Assembly: GCA_036658935.1 (NCBI GenBank) | Contig: JAVXDN010000001.1 | Location: 1-52,975, forward strand | Source of the DNA: Bacilli bacterium | GTDB lineage: Bacteria > Bacillota_I > Bacilli_A > RF39 > UBA660 | DNA: 52,975 bases | Direction of reading: 5' to 3' | In this document: one piece after another, positions 44,345 through 52,081 of the stretch | Layout: each line of letters opens with the position of its first letter | Numbering within the stretch: the first letter of the stretch is position 1 | Program-made: the position numbers and the translations under genes | The notes under the pieces: model-generated | What the model saw: the letters and a program-made list of their open reading frames with translations, nothing else | Database searches by the model: none | What the model was told of the DNA's origin: nothing

Positions 44345-46696
44345 ATGAAAACTAAGATACAAAGAGATTTATTTGGATTAAGTAATGAGGAAGTATTAAA
44401 AAGAGTTAATGAAGGAAAAATAAATATTGATACTTCTATTAAAACTAAAACTAATAAACAAATTATTAGAGAAAATATATTTACTTTATTTAATGTACTT
44501 AATTTTATTTTTGCTATACTTTTGATAGTAGTTGGGTCTTTTAAAGATTTGTTTTTTATGTGGTTAATTGTAGTTAATAGTGTTATTGGTATAGTTCAAG
44601 AGATTAGATCAAAGAATGTTATTGATAAGTTATCTTTACTTGCTTTAAAAAAAGTAAATGTTATTAGAAATGGTAAAGAGATAAGTATAGGTATTAATGA
44701 TATAGTTATAGATGATATTATGGTTCTTAGATCTGGTAATCAAATTGCAGCGGATGCGATTGTTATTAAAAATGAATGTGAAGTTAATGAATCTTTGCTT
44801 ACAGGTGAGGCAGATTCAGTTACTAAAAGTATTGGGGAAACTTTATTTTCTGGTAGTTATTTATCTAGTGGTGAAGTAATGGCTAAAGTAATTCATGTAG
44901 GTGAGGATAATTATGTAGCTCAAATTAGTAAGGATGCTAAAAAGATTAAAAGAAGTGAGTCTCAAATTATGAAGGCAATTAATAGAATAGTTGCTATTGT
45001 TTCTGTTATTATTATTCCTTTAGGTATTATGTTTTTTATAAGACAATTTAATTTAGATGGTTTTACTTTTAGTGATGCTGTAGTTCATACGGTAGCTGCT
45101 TTAATTGTTATGGTTCCTCAAGGTCTTGTTTTACTTACTAGTGTTGTTCTTGCTATTAGTGTTATAAGATTAGCTAAGCATAAGGTTTTAGTACAAGATT
45201 TATATAGTATTGAATCGTTAGCTCGTACTGATATAATTTGTCTTGATAAAACTGGAACTATAACTGAGGGAAGTATGATAGCGGATGATGTTATAGGGAT
45301 GGGTAAATATAATTATAATGATGCTTTAAATCTTCTCGGAAGTTATGCATCTTCTATAAATGATAGTAATCCTACTATTAATGCTATTAGGGAAATTGCT
45401 TCTAATAAAGAGTTTAGTGATATAAAAGAAATGTTTTCATTTTCTTCTGATAAAAAGTATTCTGCTATTGCTCTTAAAAAGGGTGGATATGTACTTGGAG
45501 CTCCGGATTTTATAGGGAATGAAACTAAAAAAGAACAAACTGAAATTAATGAATATTCTAAAGATTATAGAGTTTTAGGTTTATATAAGACTGAAAAAGA
45601 AATTAAAAAGAATTGTTTACCTGATGATTTATCTTTAATATGTTTAGTTTTACTTAAAGATAAGATTAGATATTCAGCTAAAAAAGTTCTTGATTATTTT
45701 AAGAACGAGGGTGTTGGTGTTAAGATTATTTCTGGAGATCATGTTAGTACTGTTGTAAATATAGCTAGAGTTTTAGAGATTAATGGATATGAAAAAGCTA
45801 TTGATTTATCAAGTGTTAAAACAGATGAAGAGCTTGAAAAAGCAGCTATAGAATATACAATATTTGGTAGAGTTACTCCTCTTCAAAAGAAAAAATTAGT
45901 TATTGCTTTAAAAAATGCTGGTCATACAGTAGCGATGACTGGAGATGGAGTTAATGATGTTATGGCTTTAAAAGAGGCTGATTGTGGTATAGCGATGGCT
46001 GCTGGATCTGATGCAGCGCGTAATGTGAGTGAGCTTGTACTACTTGATAATGATTTTGATTCTATGCCTAAAGTTGTAGATGAAGGAAGACGTAGTATTA
46101 ATAATATAGAACGTTCTGCAAGTTTATTTCTAAGTAAAACAATTTATGCTACATTATTAATAATGTTCTTCTTATTTGTTACTCTTCCGTATCCTTTTAA
46201 ACCCATTCAACTTACTTTAGTTGATATGGTAGTTATTGGAATACCTTCATTTATATTAGCTTTAGAGAAAAATACAAATAGAGTTAAAGGGAAATTTTCT
46301 AAAAACATTTTATATAAATCTCTACCTACAGCCTTGATGGTATTTTTCAATATTGTGATATTTAGTATATTGCAAAAGTTTAATGTATTTGATCAGAACA
46401 CTATTTCAACATTAGCGATATTCTCTACAGCGTTTATTGGATTTGAATTACTTTATACTATTAGTGAGCCTTTTAATAATTTAAGAACTGTATTATTCTT
46501 TTCTATGATAATATTATTTTCTTTACAGTTTATTTTCCTACATGATTTTTATTCAATCGCTAAGCTAAGTTTTGCTTCTGGTAGTGTAGCGGTAGTTATG
46601 ATGATAGTTGATAATTATTTATATAAATATGTGATTAAAGCAGTTAAATTTGTAATAGATCATATAAATTTTAAAAAAGAAAGAGAAGTAGTGTAA
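44345..46696 (+). CDS. P-type ATPase (HAD-IC, P2/P3-like architecture) with non-canonical transport-site residues
   Basis: Cation_ATPase_N-like start, TGEA actuator motif, DKTGTIT phosphorylation site and TGDGVNDVMALKEADCGIAM hinge. TM4 reads VPQGL instead of PEGL. The ATG at 44345 is preferred over the GTG at 44333. Confidence 0.9.
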   Translation: MKTKIQRDLFGLSNEEVLKRVNEGKINIDTSIKTKTNKQIIRENIFTLFNVLNFIFAILLIVVGSFKDLFFMWLIVVNSVIGIVQEIRSKNVIDKLSLLALKKVNVIRNGKEISIGINDIVIDDIMVLRSGNQIAADAIVIKNECEVNESLLTGEADSVTKSIGETLFSGSYLSSGEVMAKVIHVGEDNYVAQISKDAKKIKRSESQIMKAINRIVAIVSVIIIPLGIMFFIRQFNLDGFTFSDAVVHTVAALIVMVPQGLVLLTSVVLAISVIRLAKHKVLVQDLYSIESLARTDIICLDKTGTITEGSMIADDVIGMGKYNYNDALNLLGSYASSINDSNPTINAIREIASNKEFSDIKEMFSFSSDKKYSAIALKKGGYVLGAPDFIGNETKKEQTEINEYSKDYRVLGLYKTEKEIKKNCLPDDLSLICLVLLKDKIRYSAKKVLDYFKNEGVGVKIISGDHVSTVVNIARVLEINGYEKAIDLSSVKTDEELEKAAIEYTIFGRVTPLQKKKLVIALKNAGHTVAMTGDGVNDVMALKEADCGIAMAAGSDAARNVSELVLLDNDFDSMPKVVDEGRRSINNIERSASLFLSKTIYATLLIMFFLFVTLPYPFKPIQLTLVDMVVIGIPSFILALEKNTNRVKGKFSKNILYKSLPTALMVFFNIVIFSILQKFNVFDQNTISTLAIFSTAFIGFELLYTISEPFNNLRTVLFFSMIILFSLQFIFLHDFYSIAKLSFASGSVAVVMMIVDNYLYKYVIKAVKFVIDHINFKKEREVV

Positions 46697-48210
46697 TGAT
46701 TAAGTGTATATGTGATTTATTAGATAAGAATGTTTTATCAAATGGTGAAAAAATAGCTTTTAAGGAGATAAATAGAAGTATTACTTTTAATGATTTTCAA
46801 ATGAGAAGTTACTCTATTTCTACTTTTTTGTGTAAGTGGGAAAGAGATTCTATTGTTATTTTCATAGATAAAGGGATTGATGCATTGTGTTCTATGATTG
46901 GAGCGGTTGGTAGTAATAATTATTATACTGTAATGGATGTTAATACACCGAAAAATAGAATAATTGATATTATTTCTCAACTTGAACCTAAAGTTATTCT
47001 AACTACAAAGAAATATGAAAGTATTTTAAAAGATTTTCAAATAGAAAATTATATTTGTTTAGAAGATATTAATGATAATGTAGATAAAAAGTTATTATTA
47101 AATAGAAGAAATAATTTAATTGATACTGATAGTATGTATGTGTTATTTACATCAGGGTCTACTGGTTCTCCTAAGGGTGTAGTAGTATCACATAAAGCAT
47201 TACTCAGCTATATAGAGTGGTTTATAGAAGAATTTAAAATAGATAATAACACTGTTTTTGGTAGTCAAACTCCACTTTATTTTAGTATGTCTGTGTCTGA
47301 TGTTTTTTCTACTATTGTACTTGGCGCTACTATGTGTTTGATTCCTAAGATGTATTTCTCTTTTCCTATTAAATTAATAGAATATTTAAATAATGAAAAA
47401 GTTAATACTATATATTGGGTACCTTCTGCTTTAAGTATTATTTATAATTTTAAAGCTTTAGATCAGTTGAAAATGAATTATATTAATAAGATATTATTTG
47501 CAGGTGAAGTAATGCCTATGAAAGTACTTAATTATTTTAGAAGTCAGTTACCTTCTGTTAAATATTTTAATTTATTTGGTCCTACAGAAACAACTGATAT
47601 ATGTACATTTTATACTGTAGATAAAAAGTTTGAAGATTATGATGTTCTTCCTATTGGAAAACACTGTAATAATGTTGATGTTATAATTTTAAAAGATGAT
47701 AATACTGAAGCTTTAGGTGAAGAATCTGGAGAGTTATGTGTTAGAGGTTCTTTTCTAGCGAGTGGTTATTATAAAAATACTCAAAAAACTAGTGAAGTTT
47801 TTATACAAAATCCTTTAAATAACTATTATCCTGAAGTTATATATAAAACGGGGGATATAGTTAAATATAATTCAGAAGGTGAACTTATTTATTTATCTCG
47901 TAAGGATTTTCAAATAAAACATATGGGATATAGAATAGAACTTGGAGAAATTGAGGCAAAAGCCGGAAGTATTGATGGTATTAGTAGTGTAGCGTGTATA
48001 TATGATAATTTAAATGATGAAATTATATTATATTTTGTATCAACAGTTATTGAAAAAAATGATGTATTATTAAGTCTTGTATCATTATTACCAAAATATA
48101 TGATACCTAGTAAAGTTATAAGAATAGAAAGTATGCCTTATAATTCTAATGGTAAAATAAATAGAAGTGTTTTAAAAGAAAAAGGAGAGAATAAAGTATG
48201 CAAAAATTAA
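46696..48210 (+). CDS. DltA-like carrier-protein ligase (ANL adenylating enzyme)
   Basis: 504 aa; core motifs A3 LFTSGSTGSPKGV, A5 NLFGPTE, A7 YKTGD, A8 DFQIKHMGYRIELGEIE, A10 NGKINR. The start ATG overlaps the ATPase TAA (TAATG). Confidence 0.85.
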   Translation: MIKCICDLLDKNVLSNGEKIAFKEINRSITFNDFQMRSYSISTFLCKWERDSIVIFIDKGIDALCSMIGAVGSNNYYTVMDVNTPKNRIIDIISQLEPKVILTTKKYESILKDFQIENYICLEDINDNVDKKLLLNRRNNLIDTDSMYVLFTSGSTGSPKGVVVSHKALLSYIEWFIEEFKIDNNTVFGSQTPLYFSMSVSDVFSTIVLGATMCLIPKMYFSFPIKLIEYLNNEKVNTIYWVPSALSIIYNFKALDQLKMNYINKILFAGEVMPMKVLNYFRSQLPSVKYFNLFGPTETTDICTFYTVDKKFEDYDVLPIGKHCNNVDVIILKDDNTEALGEESGELCVRGSFLASGYYKNTQKTSEVFIQNPLNNYYPEVIYKTGDIVKYNSEGELIYLSRKDFQIKHMGYRIELGEIEAKAGSIDGISSVACIYDNLNDEIILYFVSTVIEKNDVLLSLVSLLPKYMIPSKVIRIESMPYNSNGKINRSVLKEKGENKVCKN

Positions 48211-48422
48211 TTGATGTTTTTAATGATGTTAAACCAGGGATTGATATAAATTCTAATTCTTTAATAGATGATGGTATTATTGATTCTTTTGATATTATTA
48301 CTCTTATATCTTACGTTAATAGTGAGTTTGATATAGAGTTTCCAGTATCAGAGATATTACCTGAAAATTTTAATAGTATTAAGAGTTTGTATGAAGTTAT
48401 AAACAAAATAGTAAATAAGTAG
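48198..48422 (+). CDS. DltC-like acyl/aminoacyl carrier protein
   Basis: 74 aa; phosphopantetheine site GIIDSFDIITLI (compare DltC GLLDSFGTVELL); 13-nt overlap with the ligase gene. Confidence 0.8.
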   Translation: MQKLIDVFNDVKPGIDINSNSLIDDGIIDSFDIITLISYVNSEFDIEFPVSEILPENFNSIKSLYEVINKIVNK

Positions 48423-48437
48423 TAGGGGTGTTTTAAT

Positions 48438-49952
48438 ATGTCAGTAGTATCTTTAGAGTTTTGGGTATTTATATTTGTAACTGTATTACTTTATTTTCTT
48501 ATGCCTAAAAAAATAAAATGGATAGTTTTATTAGTTTCTAGTATAGTTTTTTATATTATTTCCTCTAAGGTACTTAGTATTTATCTTTTTGTAAGTGTGA
48601 TTAGTATTTATGTAGGAGCTTTAGGAATAAGTAAAATTAATAATATTCCTGTAACTGATGAGAATAAGAAAAGAAATAAAAGAAATAAAAAAATAATTTT
48701 GTTAATTATTATTCTTATTAATATAGGAATGCTTTTATATTTAAAATATTATAATTTTTTTGGTGAGATTATAGGGTTAATCGTTAATAGTAAGTTTAGT
48801 ATTAAGACAATATTGTTACCTCTAGGAATTTCATATTATACACTTCAAGGGATTAGTTATGTAGTTGATGTTTACAGAGGTAAGACAGAGGCAGATAGGA
48901 ATATTGGAAGGCTATCTTTGTTTTTAATATTTTTTCCACAAATGACTATGGGACCGATTAGTAAATATTCATCTCTTGCTAATCAATTGTATGAAGGACA
49001 TAAAATTAATTATAATAATTTTAAATATGGATTTACTTTAATATTATTTGGATTATTTAAGAAGTTGGTAATTGCTGATAGGGCTGGAATGTTTGTTAAT
49101 GAAGTATTTAAAATAAATACAGGTGGATTAAATGTAGTTTTAGCGATCGTTTTATATACAATTGAGATATATGCAGAATTCTCTGGATATATGAATATAA
49201 TTACTGGTATTTCAAAAATGATTGGAATAGATTTGCCACTTAATTTTAATAGACCTTTCTTTTCTAAGAGTATCGCTGAATTTTGGAGAAGATGGCATAT
49301 TACTTTAGGTGTTTGGTTAAAAGATTATATATTTTATCCTATTTCTTTATCTAAGTATATTAGTAAAATCGTTTTTTTCACTAGAAAACATTTACCTAAA
49401 AGTGCATCTAGGTTTATTGCTTCTGCTTTACCTTTATTCTTCGTTTGGTTTTTAAATGGATTATGGCATGGGGCGAGTATAAAATATATAGTTTATGGAT
49501 TGTATTATTATATTTTAATGATGATAGGATTAGCATTTAAACCTTTGTTTGATAAATTAATAGCTAAATTCAATATTAATACTGAATCTCTATTTTATAA
49601 GGTTTTTCAAGTACTTAGAACTATTTTAATTGTTTTAATAGGTATGATGATATTTAGATCTAAGAGTTTAGGTAGTGCTTGGAGTATGTTTATTTCTATA
49701 TTTAATTTTAGTACACCATTTTCTTTATTTGGATTACATTTAATAGATTTTATAGTTTTATTTGTAGGGGTGAGCGTTATGTTAATAGTTGGTATAATAG
49801 GTGAAAAGGGAAAAGATCCTTTTGAGGTATTGTGCAAGAATGGTTCATATGTGCAGATTTTTGTTTATGTATTTTTAATATTAAGTGTAGTTATTTTTGG
49901 AATATATGGATACCATTTTAATGCTAGTGATTTCATATATGGACAGTTTTAA
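48438..49952 (+). CDS. MBOAT family membrane O-acyltransferase (DltB-like), copy 2
   Basis: FWRRWHITLGVWLKDYIFYP and GLWHGASIKY; 504 aa polytopic. Confidence 0.85.
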   Translation: MSVVSLEFWVFIFVTVLLYFLMPKKIKWIVLLVSSIVFYIISSKVLSIYLFVSVISIYVGALGISKINNIPVTDENKKRNKRNKKIILLIIILINIGMLLYLKYYNFFGEIIGLIVNSKFSIKTILLPLGISYYTLQGISYVVDVYRGKTEADRNIGRLSLFLIFFPQMTMGPISKYSSLANQLYEGHKINYNNFKYGFTLILFGLFKKLVIADRAGMFVNEVFKINTGGLNVVLAIVLYTIEIYAEFSGYMNIITGISKMIGIDLPLNFNRPFFSKSIAEFWRRWHITLGVWLKDYIFYPISLSKYISKIVFFTRKHLPKSASRFIASALPLFFVWFLNGLWHGASIKYIVYGLYYYILMMIGLAFKPLFDKLIAKFNINTESLFYKVFQVLRTILIVLIGMMIFRSKSLGSAWSMFISIFNFSTPFSLFGLHLIDFIVLFVGVSVMLIVGIIGEKGKDPFEVLCKNGSYVQIFVYVFLILSVVIFGIYGYHFNASDFIYGQF

Positions 49953-49970
49953 AAAAGGAGTATGCGTATA

Positions 49971-51128
49971 ATGAAGAAAATTAAGGAACCAATAATAATA
50001 GTAATAATAATTGTTATAGTTGTATCTTCTCTTTTATTAATATCTAGGATATTCATTCCTAAGTGGATTAATAAGAATGAGGGAAGTATTACTTATATTA
50101 TGAGAGGACTTTATTCAGAAAAAAAGAATTCAATGGATGTTATGTTTATGGGTAATAGTCAGATTTATAGTGGAGTTAATCCTATGGAATTATGGAATGA
50201 TTATGGAGTTAGTTCTTATGTGTATGCTTCTCCTGGACAAAGAAGTTCAACTACTTATTATATGTTGAAAGAGGCTTTAGAGTATCAACATCCTAAAGTT
50301 ATAGTAATGAATGTAGAAAATTTATTTTATAAGACTACAGGAGCTAAAACAGCAGCTAGGAAAGTTTTTGATAATATGAGATGGGATAAAGTAAAGGTTG
50401 AGGCAATAATGGATAAGTCTTATCAAAATACCCCAGGTGATGTTATAAGTTATATGTTTCCACTGTTATGGTATCATTTTAGGTATAAGGAATTAAAGTT
50501 AGAAGATTTTAATTTATCTTTAGCTAAAATTCATCATCCTTATAAAGGATATAGTTTACATTCAGAGATTAATCCTAAAGTTAAAGATTTGGATTATATG
50601 GAAGTTACTGATGATAAAGCTGAGTTTAATCCTAAAGGACAAGAGTATTTAGAAAAAATAATTGATATTTGTAATAAAGAAAATATTAAAATAGTTTTAG
50701 TTCAAGTTCCAGCTGGAGATTTTTGGAATTATCCTATGCATAAGACTATGAGTGAATATGCAAAACAAAAGAATTTAACTTTTATTGATATGAATTTAAT
50801 GTTAGATGAATTAAAATTTGATTGGAATACTGATACATATGATAAGGGTACACATTTAAATATATATGGCTCTGACAAAGTTACTTCATTTTTAGGAGAA
50901 TATCTTACAAAAAATTATGCATTAGTTAATCATAAATTTGATAAGAATTATAGTGATTGGAATACTCAATATAAAGATTATCTAAAAGGTAGAGAAGAAG
51001 ATATAAATAGAACAAATAAGGGTATTATTAAATCAAGTAGTAATAGTTTTTATAATTTCAATGAAAGAGGAAAAAATATTCATGAAAAACATAGAAGGAA
51101 TAAAGTACAGTATAGAGAAAAGAAATAA
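49971..51128 (+). CDS. Membrane-anchored SGNH/DltD-like acyltransferase-esterase
   Basis: N-terminal TM, block I-like FMGNSQIYSG, block V-like DKGTHLNIYG. It sits in the position of dltD. The ATG at 49971 has better RBS spacing than the one at 49962. Confidence 0.55.
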   Translation: MKKIKEPIIIVIIIVIVVSSLLLISRIFIPKWINKNEGSITYIMRGLYSEKKNSMDVMFMGNSQIYSGVNPMELWNDYGVSSYVYASPGQRSSTTYYMLKEALEYQHPKVIVMNVENLFYKTTGAKTAARKVFDNMRWDKVKVEAIMDKSYQNTPGDVISYMFPLLWYHFRYKELKLEDFNLSLAKIHHPYKGYSLHSEINPKVKDLDYMEVTDDKAEFNPKGQEYLEKIIDICNKENIKIVLVQVPAGDFWNYPMHKTMSEYAKQKNLTFIDMNLMLDELKFDWNTDTYDKGTHLNIYGSDKVTSFLGEYLTKNYALVNHKFDKNYSDWNTQYKDYLKGREEDINRTNKGIIKSSSNSFYNFNERGKNIHEKHRRNKVQYREKK

Positions 51129-51588
51129 TGAAACTGCTCATCTTCAAGGTATAGAAATATTAGATAAACTTTTAAGAAATGAAAATATTTGTGATTATAC
51201 TATTGGTTATACTAATAATTTAAAACCTTTTATTGATAATAATAAATATATTAGTGTTTCTCATACAGAGGAATATGTTGTTTGTGCTGTATCGGATAAG
51301 AATATAGGGATAGATATTATAAAAATAAGGGAAAAAGATGATAAAGTAATGAAATATTTTTTTTCTAAGGATGAAAGAAATTATGTTAATAGTTCTGAAG
51401 ACAGTGGTAAAGCTTTTTCTTATGTTTGGACTTTAAAAGAGGCTTTTATAAAATTAAATGGGGATAAGTTAAAAGATATAAACAATTATAATGTAATTAT
51501 AGATAATAAAATAAATATAGAAAATGCAAGTTATTATTTTATTGAAGATATTAAGGATTATGTTATATGTGTAATCAAAAGTAATTAA
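51082..51588 (+). CDS. Sfp-type 4'-phosphopantetheinyl transferase (short)
   Basis: Motifs GIDIIKI and WTLKEAFIKLNG (W-x-x-KE-A-x-x-K), SVSHTEEYVVCAV; overlaps the upstream gene by 47 nt. Confidence 0.8.
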   Translation: MKNIEGIKYSIEKRNNETAHLQGIEILDKLLRNENICDYTIGYTNNLKPFIDNNKYISVSHTEEYVVCAVSDKNIGIDIIKIREKDDKVMKYFFSKDERNYVNSSEDSGKAFSYVWTLKEAFIKLNGDKLKDINNYNVIIDNKINIENASYYFIEDIKDYVICVIKSN

Positions 51589-51643
51589 GAATTTTAATAG
51601 AATAAGTTTTTATTTAATTGTATAATAACTTTAGGTGAGTTTT

Positions 51644-51958
51644 ATGGATAAAGTAGTAGAAGAAATTACTAAGTTTAATGAAGAAAGAGATTGGGATAAG
51701 TTTCATACTGAAGAGAATTTGGCAGTGTCTATTTCTATTGAAGCGGGAGAACTTTTAGAATGTTTTCAATGGAATAAACAATACGATAAGGATGAGGTAT
51801 GTGATGAACTTGCAGATGTAGTGAGTTATTCTATTATGTTAGCACAGAGGTTAAATGTTGATTTAGAGACTATTATTTTGAATAAAATCGAAAAGAATAG
51901 AAAGAAATATCCTATAGAAAAATCCAGAGGAGTTAGTACTAAATATAATAAGTTATAA
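51644..51958 (+). CDS. MazG-like nucleotide pyrophosphohydrolase (DCTPP1-like)
   Basis: 104 aa; FNEERDWDKFHT...EAGELLECFQW...ELADVVSY metal-binding E-x-x-E / E-x-x-D helices. The ATG at 51644 follows AGGTGAG. Confidence 0.8.
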   Translation: MDKVVEEITKFNEERDWDKFHTEENLAVSISIEAGELLECFQWNKQYDKDEVCDELADVVSYSIMLAQRLNVDLETIILNKIEKNRKKYPIEKSRGVSTKYNKL

Positions 51959-51960
51959 GC

Positions 51961-51992
51961 TAAACTATAAATATTTTAATTATAGTTTTTTT
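51961..51992 (+). terminator. Intrinsic terminator after the MazG-like gene
   Basis: AAACTATAA-9 nt-TTATAGTTT followed by a T-run. Confidence 0.5.
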
Positions 51993-52081
51993 TAATAAAT
52001 TAATAATTTTTATACAAATGATGTATATATTGATTTATAATGTTATAATTTAAGTATAAGTTTTGGATTGGAGTTTATTTT

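Noticed and set aside
2684-49837. All other 60-122 aa ORFs in the track that lie antisense or out of frame within larger genes. Their start positions are 2684, 3621, 4493, 6409, 6462, 8806, 12389, 17277, 20615, 21722, 24518, 26366, 27429, 32462, 33935, 35297, 36369, 37124, 41909, 42482, 46738 and 49607
   Set aside because: Each is nested in, or overlaps, a confidently assigned gene on the other strand or in another frame. They have biased low-complexity composition and no motif or RBS. I treat them as shadow ORFs.
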